A stretch of 64,000 nucleotides of DNA, taken from a bacterium (lineage in GTDB: Bacteria > Zhuqueibacterota > Zhuqueibacteria > Residuimicrobiales > Krinioviventaceae). Shown here piece by piece: positions 39,182 through 50,421 of this stretch (its first letter is position 1; each line of letters starts with the position of its first letter). Made by a program: the position numbers and the translations under genes. The stretch is taken from contig CAXXFV010000023.1 in the NCBI GenBank assembly GCA_963674595.2, forward strand, positions 512,001 to 576,000, written 5' to 3'. A model generated the notes under the pieces. It saw only the letters and a list, made by a program, of their open reading frames with translations. It did no database searches and was not told where the DNA came from.

Positions 39182-39331
39182 ATTAAATAAAATCAGTGCA
39201 AGATATTTTAAAATGTATTGGAAATAGAGGACCGGCAGATTTATGCCGGGATGCAAACTGAAATATCAGTTTAATGGTTTTGTGCTTTGGTGCGATGGAT
39301 GGATATTTATTTAAGCTCCGGGAATTTTCCC
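39182..39331 (-). repeat. Dispersed intergenic module copy B
   Basis: ATTAAATAAAATCAGTGCAAGATATTTTAAAATGTATTGGAAATAGAGGACCGGCAG... matches copy A with scattered substitutions; -10 degenerate. Confidence 0.85.
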
Positions 39332-39354
39332 GGAACCGGTTGTTTTTGACTTGA

Positions 39355-40713
39355 TTATTTCACAAAATGAGATGCTTCTATTTTATTCATGGTCTTGAAT
39401 AAATATCTTAATGCAAGTGGTCCTGTAACAATATTGGCAATAAATCCTGCCCAAAATACGCCGTAAATATTAAATATTCCGGCGCCAATCCACGCTAATG
39501 GAACATATAATACCAGCATTCTTATAATAGAAAAAATTGCAGACGGATAAGGCTTGTTTACCCCGTTGAAACTCGCAGTACTTAGTATAACAAGCCCTTG
39601 TAATCCATAACTTGCACCGATAATGTAGAAATATTTTTTTACTATTTCAATTACATTCGCATCGTTGGTGAAAATTGAAGCAATAGTATGACCAAAGAAC
39701 AGGAACAGAACAAAAACAGCAACACCCCATGTTATTGAGAATTTTGATGCGATTTTTAAAGCTTGTTTAATCCGCTGATATTGGTGTTTGCTTGAATTTT
39801 GTCCTACGAATATTATTAATACGGAACCTAACGCCATTACAACCATTAATGCAAACATTTCCACCCTTGATGAAACACCAAATGCTGCAACTGCTTCTTT
39901 ACCAAAATTGGATAGTATTTTAGTAATAAACCCTATTGAAATGGGTGTTATAAGCATGGTTAATGACGCAGGACCGGCGATATAAAGAACATTTTTCCAT
40001 GTAGATAAAATGCTTTTGATATTTCCCAGGCGAATTGTAATTAACTTTTTTTTGATTATCAATACATATGATATCGCCAGTAAACCGATGCTTCTGGCAA
40101 TAACTGTTGCAAGAGCAGCGCCTTTTATGCCCAGTTCAGGAAACGGACCGTACCCGAAAATTAAAAATGGATCCAGGATTGCATTGACGACTGCAATAAC
40201 AACCATGATCATACCGGGTGTAAAAGTGTCTCCGGTAGCCCGGACAATATTGTTTCCAATCATTGGAAAGACAACAAAGGGAACTCCGATGTACCAAATA
40301 CTCATATAGTCATGAACAAAAGCCAGCACCTCATTTTTTGCGCCCATTGCACTGAAAACCGGACGGATGGTAAGCAAACCTACGGTTACAAAAAACAAAA
40401 CAATGATCGATCCAAGTAAAAGAGCCCGGCTTGCCATCATTCTAACCTTATTATGTTCCGTGTGAATTATATTTCTTGAAATAAGTGAACTTGTTCCAAT
40501 ACCAACGCCTTGTGAAAAGCTGTTGAGAAGCATAATAACAGGGAAACTAAAACTCATAGCGGCTAGTTGCTGAACACCGAGCTTTCCTACAAAAAAAGTG
40601 TCAACAAGATTGAAAATAACCATCCCCATCATACCGAGCAGCATGGGCCATGTTAAACTAAAAAGTTGTCGTTTTATATTTCCTTCGATAATATTTTTAT
40701 TTTCTTTTGGCAT
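39355..40713 (-). CDS. MATE family efflux transporter
   Basis: NLVDTFFVGKLG, RATGDT, LDPFLIFG...LGIKGAALAT. Confidence 0.93.
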   Translation of the reverse strand: MPKENKNIIEGNIKRQLFSLTWPMLLGMMGMVIFNLVDTFFVGKLGVQQLAAMSFSFPVIMLLNSFSQGVGIGTSSLISRNIIHTEHNKVRMMASRALLLGSIIVLFFVTVGLLTIRPVFSAMGAKNEVLAFVHDYMSIWYIGVPFVVFPMIGNNIVRATGDTFTPGMIMVVIAVVNAILDPFLIFGYGPFPELGIKGAALATVIARSIGLLAISYVLIIKKKLITIRLGNIKSILSTWKNVLYIAGPASLTMLITPISIGFITKILSNFGKEAVAAFGVSSRVEMFALMVVMALGSVLIIFVGQNSSKHQYQRIKQALKIASKFSITWGVAVFVLFLFFGHTIASIFTNDANVIEIVKKYFYIIGASYGLQGLVILSTASFNGVNKPYPSAIFSIIRMLVLYVPLAWIGAGIFNIYGVFWAGFIANIVTGPLALRYLFKTMNKIEASHFVK

Positions 40714-40724
40714 TCTTAAACCAC

Positions 40725-41336
40725 CTAAATATTCTTTTTAGCATTAAGAGAAAAGAATTTTGCAAACCTGAACGGATTTGATTCTTTATAATTTTCAATT
40801 GTAAAACCAATTTCATTTAAAAATTCAGTAAATTGGGCAGGCGTATACATTGATTGGTAAGGATGATCGGATATTATTCTCCAAAATTTGCCGATTCCTT
40901 TTGTAAAAGAAAAGATGGACAAATCTTCGAGTACGAGTTCTCCATTTGGCTTTAATACCCGTTTTATTTCGTCAAGACAATCTTTCCAGTTTGGGATATG
41001 GTGTATAATTCCGAAATCAAAAACAGCATCAAAATATTCATCCGGAAAATCAAGCTTTGAAGCATCCATTACTTGGAAAGAAATGGATGTGTCCTGGTTG
41101 CGCTTTACCGCTTTGTTTATCATTCTTTCATCAAGGTCTATTCCGATTATCTTTTCCGGGGAAAAGTATTTCTTAATCAGTTTACTCCCTCTGCCGTTAC
41201 CGCATCCTATTTCCAGTACCCTATCCGGGTTTTTTACGGAACTCATGGACCGTAAAATTTTGAGTTCATATCTATCCTGAATAAAAGCCCTTACGGGACT
41301 GTTCATCGCCCAAAATTCAAGTTTATTTAATTTCAT
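40725..41336 (-). CDS. Class I SAM-dependent methyltransferase (type 11)
   Basis: VLEIGCGNG, GIDLD, DASKLDF, RVLKPNG. Confidence 0.9.
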   Translation of the reverse strand: MKLNKLEFWAMNSPVRAFIQDRYELKILRSMSSVKNPDRVLEIGCGNGRGSKLIKKYFSPEKIIGIDLDERMINKAVKRNQDTSISFQVMDASKLDFPDEYFDAVFDFGIIHHIPNWKDCLDEIKRVLKPNGELVLEDLSIFSFTKGIGKFWRIISDHPYQSMYTPAQFTEFLNEIGFTIENYKESNPFRFAKFFSLNAKKNI

Positions 41337-41378
41337 TCGAGTCTCTTAAATTGTAAAATTATTTTTTATAGAATAACA

Positions 41379-41852
41379 TCAGGATTTTTGTTTAATTTCG
41401 CCGTCGGTGTCATAGTCGCTGCCCTTTAATTCTTTTTCCGCATTTTCAGCCGCTCTTTGAAGAAAATGGATAAACTGGTCCTGTTCTGCCTGAGTAAAAC
41501 CCTGCATGAGAACGTTGGTCCAGCTTTGTAAAACAGGAATCAGTTCGTCTTTAAATTTTATTGCCTGGGGTGTTAATGTGATATTGTGCGCGCGGAAATC
41601 CTGATCATCTTTATTTCGCTGTAAATAACCGTTTGCCTCCAGTTTACTTAATGCGCGGGCCATGCTTGTTTTGTCAAGATGAAGGTGGTTTGCCAAATCT
41701 ATTTGACGAACACATTCTTTATGATATAAGGACAACAGGATCGGCAATTGGCCTGCACCCAGATTAAATGGTTCCAGCTTTTTTTTCTGATAGGATTGAG
41801 AATAGCGATATAAAATTGAAATCCATTTTCCGACGGATTGTGATGTTTTCAT
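41379..41852 (-). CDS. MarR family transcriptional regulator
   Basis: LHLDKTSMARALSKLEANGY, DQDFRA wing; AGGAG RBS before ATG 41852. Confidence 0.92.
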   Translation of the reverse strand: MKTSQSVGKWISILYRYSQSYQKKKLEPFNLGAGQLPILLSLYHKECVRQIDLANHLHLDKTSMARALSKLEANGYLQRNKDDQDFRAHNITLTPQAIKFKDELIPVLQSWTNVLMQGFTQAEQDQFIHFLQRAAENAEKELKGSDYDTDGEIKQKS

Positions 41853-41863
41853 TACTTCTCCTT

Positions 41864-41912
41864 TAGTTGTATGTGCAACTAATATAATTAAAAATAGTTG
41901 CACGTACAACTA
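41864..41912 (-). promoter_or_regulatory. Two palindromic MarR operators overlapping the marR promoter
   Basis: TAGTTG-N6-CAACTA at 41864-41881 and 41895-41912; minus-strand TTGTAC-17 bp-TATATT overlaps them. Confidence 0.85.
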
Positions 41913-42061
41913 TTTTTAAGCCTCTAGTGTAGCAAATACGCATAATGCTTTATTTTATTGTTGTTATTTCAAGTGTGGGGAGGAAACAGCGATTCGAATC
42001 AATATCAACAGAAATGAGTAAACAGTCGTTATAAATTGAGTCGGCCTTTTTTAAGGACAGG

Positions 42062-42089
42062 GCAGGGACTCAACATGTTGAATCCCTGC
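42062..42089 (-). terminator. Terminator of the GH2 gene
   Basis: GCAGGGA-CTCAACATGTTGAA-TCCCTGC hairpin; similar to the hairpin at 50374-50404. Confidence 0.7.
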
Positions 42090-42105
42090 TTGTAAATTTA
42101 TAGGA

Positions 42106-45249
<3,144 letters not shown>

Positions 45250-45390
45250 TTACGGTGGGTTATTTTTTTTACATGTAATGATACAAATTCTGAGGAACGA
45301 GAGCAAGAGGTTTTTAAAAAATTTGAGTTGGATGACAATATATAAGGAATTATTTTTCTTTCGTGTTTTCCATTTTGCCTGAAAACCAAA

Positions 45391-46536
45391 CTATTTAACA
45401 AGTAAACATTTTTTTACACAGCTAAACTTATCCGTGTCGATTTTGTACAAGTATATACCTGAACTGATATTTTCAGCATTCCAGGCTATTGTATGATCCC
45501 CGGCATTTTTAACCTGGTTAACCAATCTTTCAACCAATCTTCCCTGAATGTCATAAACAGATATATTTACATAAGACGATTGAGAGAGATGATAGGACAG
45601 GGTCGTTTGCGCATTAAATGGATTCGGATAGTTATTGCCGAGAACTGAATGCTCCGGTGTGTTTTCATTAGACTGATTTTTAACTTTGGTCTGGTCTATT
45701 GAAAATACAGTCATCACGCCCAGATGGTCCGAGCAGTAATGGGTTTCGTCAAAAGGCTGGTCGAGAACAACCAGAGAGCTATCGACTTTTAAGATTCCTG
45801 TGTTTTTATAAAATATATAATCGATCCGCTTATAAGGAGAATCAGCAGAATAGGTAAAGCCGGCTAAAGAAGGATGGACTGAAAAATAAGTGTCTATAAA
45901 ATAAGAACCTGTTTCCCTATTCGTCAGCAGGGCAATTGGTTCCGTGTTTGGCAACGTGTTCATATCACCCGTTAGAATCAATGCCGTTCCCGGCCAGGCA
46001 TTTTCTTTCAGCGTCATATATTCCATGATCTGCTGAGTCTGTAACAGCCGAACAGCATCATGTTCCGGTCGATAAGACAGGTGGGTATTGAAAAAATTGA
46101 CTTTTCCCAATGGTGTGTTGATATGGTTCCACACCACTTTGCGGACCACATTGCCTTTGGCAAGCGCTTTATATCCATACTGCTCCACCGGATACTTGCT
46201 TACAATACCGATGCTTTCGTAAAATTCATCCCATCCGACATGAGTAATGCTGTAATAACTGTTATAGGGTCTGTTAAAATATGCGCTTAAAGAATCCGCA
46301 ATGGTTACCGCCATGTTTTTCGCCGCCCCGTTTGTGCCTACGGGATGGCACACTTCCTGTAATCCGATAATATCCGGATCGAGGATTTTTAAATTTTGGA
46401 TGATGTGATAGAGGCGGGTCTCATAATCAGTTCCGGGTTTCATGCCCTGAAGATTATAGGTCATGGTTTTAAGCGTTTGCTGCGCTGATAACGGATGAAC
46501 AAAAAGAAAGATGAGCAAACAGACGAGTTGTCTCAT
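45391..46536 (-). CDS. Endonuclease/exonuclease/phosphatase family enzyme with T9SS type A-like C-terminal sorting domain
   Basis: MTYN, GLQEV, NTHL, GDMN, RIDYIF, SDH; NYPNPFN...SGIYLYKI...KKCLLVK. Confidence 0.9.
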   Translation of the reverse strand: MRQLVCLLIFLFVHPLSAQQTLKTMTYNLQGMKPGTDYETRLYHIIQNLKILDPDIIGLQEVCHPVGTNGAAKNMAVTIADSLSAYFNRPYNSYYSITHVGWDEFYESIGIVSKYPVEQYGYKALAKGNVVRKVVWNHINTPLGKVNFFNTHLSYRPEHDAVRLLQTQQIMEYMTLKENAWPGTALILTGDMNTLPNTEPIALLTNRETGSYFIDTYFSVHPSLAGFTYSADSPYKRIDYIFYKNTGILKVDSSLVVLDQPFDETHYCSDHLGVMTVFSIDQTKVKNQSNENTPEHSVLGNNYPNPFNAQTTLSYHLSQSSYVNISVYDIQGRLVERLVNQVKNAGDHTIAWNAENISSGIYLYKIDTDKFSCVKKCLLVK

Positions 46537-46746
46537 TTTGTGCCTTGATTAAATTTTTTTGCATTTTGTCGATTTTGAAATACACAAACAAACACCTGAT
46601 ATTTAATTAACAAATATTCTGTGTAAATTGCAAAATGTTTCAAAATTTTAAAGCAGGTGAATAAGGTTGAAAGGGGTGCGGGAGAAATGATCAAAACATC
46701 TTGAATTTAAACGGTTAAATTTTAAAAGGTCCCCCAAAATGTATGC

Positions 46747-46767
46747 CCCGGGATGCAGGGTCCCGGG
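46747..46767 (-). terminator. Hairpin after the PepSY-TM gene
   Basis: CCCGGGA-tgcaggg-TCCCGGG. Confidence 0.55.
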
Positions 46768-46818
46768 ACGTGCTGAATCATGTCAATTTGATATAAATGC
46801 AAACAATAGGCTATTTAA

Positions 46819-47343
46819 TTACAGGATTAATATCATAAATAGGGCAATCACAAAACCCAATCCGGTAAAAGCCATACCTCGTTTGAAAAATTTTGTATTC
46901 GGTTTAAACATCCAAAAGGAAGACAATGCCAAAAATACAAGTAGAATACCAAATGCCACTGTGAACCAATGTGCGGCATAATCGCTTGAGGTTTTGTGCA
47001 AGTTTATGAGCTTTTCAATAAAATCAGGAAATTTTTCAGTTGTATATACCGCAACTCCTGTTGATTTGGTGTAAACGCCATCTCTGAAATATATTTTATC
47101 CGCATCTTCATCGAGTATCTCAAACCTTTTGGATTTTAGAGCAGCTCCCAAATCTGCTGCTTTGATATCATGTTTCAATTGTGTTTCAACATTAACTTTA
47201 GATTTTAAAAAACTGGTATTGCGAAAAGTTAAAATAACGCCGCTAAGGCAATAAATGATGGTAAGGCCGATAATCAGGAATCCTATATCCCGATGCAGCG
47301 CACGCATTATCTTGTTGACCGATAATCCGGAATTCTGTTTCAT
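46819..47343 (-). CDS. PepSY-associated TM helix protein
   Basis: RALHRDIGF...LSG and LINLHK motifs; GAAAGGA RBS before 47343. Confidence 0.75.
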   Translation of the reverse strand: MKQNSGLSVNKIMRALHRDIGFLIIGLTIIYCLSGVILTFRNTSFLKSKVNVETQLKHDIKAADLGAALKSKRFEILDEDADKIYFRDGVYTKSTGVAVYTTEKFPDFIEKLINLHKTSSDYAAHWFTVAFGILLVFLALSSFWMFKPNTKFFKRGMAFTGLGFVIALFMILIL

Positions 47344-47686
47344 ATAAATCCTTTCTTGATGCATTTTTTAATATTATATATAAAATAGGACAATAACCGC
47401 AGGTTTCAACTGCCCTGTAGAAAATGAATAAATCATCACTTGTTATTAAAATCCCGAGTAGCAAAAAAATTTGCTCATTTAAACTAAATTATTTGAATTG
47501 TGGTTCACTTTGGGGTAAGGTGTGGTATTTCAGCTTTGCAATCAATCCTGTTTCAAAAGGATAATAATGAATGTCATTTGTAAATAACGCACTGCTGTTT
47601 GGTGAATTGGAGGTTGATGTTGGATTGGGTCTGTTGATGATTTTTTGGGAAATCTTTCGTAGAGTTTTATAATAAGATTATTTGAA

Positions 47687-48481
47687 TTAATCATTCCAAA
47701 TACAACTGAGGATTCCATTATTGCCCACCCGAATACATTGTTCATAAAATTTTATATCTTTATAATGATTAACTTTAAAATCCTGTGCAAACCAATCAAT
47801 TGCATATATTGGTTCTGGTTTGTCTGGTAATTCATCACCATTATAAAATTCTTTGGCAATAGTATTAATTGGTACATCCATTCCTTTTGGAACATATTGA
47901 AGATAAAAATCATTAGAAAAACTAGACCATTCGACTTTCTCATCTTTACAAAAAATGATAGCAACAGGAAAATCTCCTAAGGTTCTGTACTTCAAAAGAG
48001 CAGATGTAATAGAAGATTGGAAAGAGTGAGCAACATTTTTAATAAGATCAAGATTAAAAAATTTACCCCTTACTTGATCAATAAATAAATGAGAAGGCAT
48101 TAATAATTCAGCGGCAAATTTATTGGCTTCTAATTCGTGGTTTCCTTTTGCATGCCAATCGTTTAGGGACTTTTCATCATCCATATGAATTTGATTATCC
48201 AATAATAACCTGTGAAGCTCAAAATGACCTAATTCATGTGCTATAATAAACCTCTTTTTCCCTTCGTGATTAATATTCCGGTCATAAGAAATTATAGCTT
48301 CACTGCCATCTATCATTATTCGTCCTTGAGCACCGTCAAGTTTAATAGATTGTATATGTGTAATCCCTCTTGATAAAGCAACATCTTCACAAGTCAGGCC
48401 TAAAGGATCATTTAGTAAACCGCAGTCCTCAAGAACTATTCTAGCTGTATTGGTTGCTCTATCATTCGGAATTTTTATCAT
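47687..48481 (-). CDS. ImmA/IrrE (CapP-like) metallo-endopeptidase
   Basis: RFIIAHELGH (HExxH), ELEANKFAAELLMP, then an HTH-like segment and a GAF-like C-terminal region. Confidence 0.92.
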   Translation of the reverse strand: MIKIPNDRATNTARIVLEDCGLLNDPLGLTCEDVALSRGITHIQSIKLDGAQGRIMIDGSEAIISYDRNINHEGKKRFIIAHELGHFELHRLLLDNQIHMDDEKSLNDWHAKGNHELEANKFAAELLMPSHLFIDQVRGKFFNLDLIKNVAHSFQSSITSALLKYRTLGDFPVAIIFCKDEKVEWSSFSNDFYLQYVPKGMDVPINTIAKEFYNGDELPDKPEPIYAIDWFAQDFKVNHYKDIKFYEQCIRVGNNGILSCIWND

Positions 48482-48872
48482 TCTCCAAATCCTTTCTCAG
48501 TTCTCTAACCAATTCCATAAATTTTCTATCTGTTAACATGGATTCTTTATCTTCTTCAGTAATTTCCTCGAATTTACTATATAGTTGAGGAGCTAATTTT
48601 TGGTATTTAGGTTGATCCAATAATTTTGTTAATAATTCATTTTTCCCTATTTCATTTATCAAATTATCCAAAATTTCCTTAGCTCTGTTAGATATTCTTT
48701 TTTGCATAGTCGCTTTTGCTTTAGTATTTAACTTTTTAATATGTGTAAGATGTTTTTGAAAATTTGAATTTGGGCGCTGCTTCAAATCTTCTAAAATTTC
48801 TTCATCAGGAAAATTTATAATGGCTTCTTCAAAAAGTTCGTCAAGATGTTTTAATATATCATAATAATTCAT
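48462..48872 (-). CDS. Hypothetical helical protein, candidate anti-sigma factor or protease substrate
   Basis: Translationally coupled (TAATG) to the upstream sigma-like gene; overlaps the peptidase start by 20 bp; no recognisable HTH. Confidence 0.7.
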   Translation of the reverse strand: MNYYDILKHLDELFEEAIINFPDEEILEDLKQRPNSNFQKHLTHIKKLNTKAKATMQKRISNRAKEILDNLINEIGKNELLTKLLDQPKYQKLAPQLYSKFEEITEEDKESMLTDRKFMELVRELRKDLENDKNSE

Positions 48873-49486
48873 TACGTAGTCTCTTTAGAATGTTTGATAA
48901 TATAATTTTTTACTTTTGATTTCAAATGATCAGTTACTCTGTAAAGTTTTTTTTTCTCCCACCCTGTTTCATTACAGATTTCATCACTAGATTTCCCCTC
49001 AGTAATATATAAAAAAAGTGTTTCCATATCTTCATTTCCATCAATTGCCTCCATTATGGTATCTATCTGATACTCATAAAATTTTTCTTTTTCTGCTGAT
49101 TGAGTATCTTCATCAAAATCAACCATATTAAAGAAACCTATATTTTCAATTGGAATTTGAGTTTTTATAGAACTAGAATTTTTTTCTTGTTCCAATCTAT
49201 ATTTTCTCACATTTTCCGAAATAAGACTTCCAACAATCCTGCACATTTGTTCTGAAATGGAATATTCTTCTTTCCATTCCCAAGCACCACTATATAGTTT
49301 ATTTATTGCCTCATAGATGTAATAATCAAATGGTGACATACCTAAATAATTTTCACTATGGCAACCAAATTTTGTTCTGCCTCTTACTCGAAGATCAATC
49401 AATCTACGGCATTTCTCTATCGCTACGATCCATTCATCTTCACATAACTCAGTCAATCGTTTTAATGTATATTTTTCTTTTTCCAT
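48872..49486 (-). CDS. Divergent ECF-type sigma70-like protein
   Basis: Region-2-like DYYIYEAINKLYSG.W.W...MCRIVGSLISENVRK; acidic linker; region-4 HTH EGKSSDEICNETGWEKKKLYRVTDHLKSKV. Confidence 0.65.
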   Translation of the reverse strand: MEKEKYTLKRLTELCEDEWIVAIEKCRRLIDLRVRGRTKFGCHSENYLGMSPFDYYIYEAINKLYSGAWEWKEEYSISEQMCRIVGSLISENVRKYRLEQEKNSSSIKTQIPIENIGFFNMVDFDEDTQSAEKEKFYEYQIDTIMEAIDGNEDMETLFLYITEGKSSDEICNETGWEKKKLYRVTDHLKSKVKNYIIKHSKETT

Positions 49487-49634
49487 ATTAAATCACTTCA
49501 TATTTAATTTAACTGAAAAATTAAAATATTCCCTTTTTGCTGGGTAAAAAATCTTCAAATCAGTTAATTGATAAGTGAAACTCAATAGAGTTATTTTAAT
49601 TAAAGAAAACTACAATTAAATTCGGAGATTTTTT

Positions 49635-49985
49635 ATGGAAAATCCAAAATTTCAAATTTTCAAGGACAGTGCATCTGAGTACCGTTTTCGTCTCAAAGCT
49701 AAGAACGGTGAAATTATCTTGCGTAGTAGCGAAGGTTATACGACAAAACAAAGCTGCCAAAATGGAATCGCTTCGGTTAAAGCCAATGCTCCTTATGATA
49801 TAAGATATAGTCGCAATACTTCCACCAATGGTCAATACTATTTCGTTTTGAAAGCCAGTAATGCAGAACCGCTTGGAATAAGCGAAATGTATAATTCCAG
49901 TTCAGCTAGAGATAATGGTATTGAATCGGTAAAACAGAATGCGCCTATTGCTCCAACTGAAGATTTAACGGTTACAATGAATTAA
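49635..49985 (+). CDS. yegP: YegP/DUF1508 tandem-domain protein
   Basis: Two repeats: YRFRLKAKNGEIILRSSEGY...NGIASVK and YYFVLKASNAEPLGISEMY...NGIESVK. Confidence 0.92.
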   Translation: MENPKFQIFKDSASEYRFRLKAKNGEIILRSSEGYTTKQSCQNGIASVKANAPYDIRYSRNTSTNGQYYFVLKASNAEPLGISEMYNSSSARDNGIESVKQNAPIAPTEDLTVTMN

Positions 49986-50006
49986 TAAATCCATTGATAG
50001 TTTAAG

Positions 50007-50052
50007 TGGCAAGAATGGTTTTAGTAATATTATAGAAAAAACCTTCTTGCCA
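50007..50052. terminator. Hairpin after yegP
   Basis: TGGCAAGAA.GGTTTT / AAAACC.TTCTTGCCA inverted repeat. Confidence 0.65.
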
Positions 50053-50301
50053 TCTAGTTTTCATGATCTTTAATTCTAAATTAATATCATCGAATTTGGG
50101 TGAATTTTTTAGTGATATCTTACAATCCAGTATTACCTAACATTATGCAATAGAAATACGATTCTTGTTCAAGTGTAACCTTATCTGTGTTTCTACCTTT
50201 AAATCCCGTATTTATAAAGTTGAAAAATCAGTTTAGAATGTTTTTTGAATATCCCACAAATTGCCAACCGTCTGAAAAACAGACTATTAACTGATAAACG
50301 A

Positions 50302-50404
50302 ATTATACAAAATATTTAATACTACCGCAAGAGTTTTTCTAATAATATAGAAATAAATGAAGAGGCAGGTATCTGCAGGGATTCAAACTAATGAAACCCT
50401 GCAA
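50302..50404 (-). repeat. Dispersed module copy C: terminator hairpin plus promoter P6
   Basis: CGCAAGAG..TTTT...GAAATAAA.GAA..GGCAGGT...GGGATTCAAACT shared with copies A/B; hairpin TGCAGGG/CCCTGCA 50374-50404; AAAAACTC-TTGCGG-17 bp-TATAAT on the minus strand. Confidence 0.7.
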
Positions 50405-50421
50405 AATATAGACATGTTTTT

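Noticed and set aside
47542-47745. 67-aa ORF as a fourth gene of the IrrE operon
   Set aside because: Starts inside the peptidase gene, has no RBS and no recognisable features.
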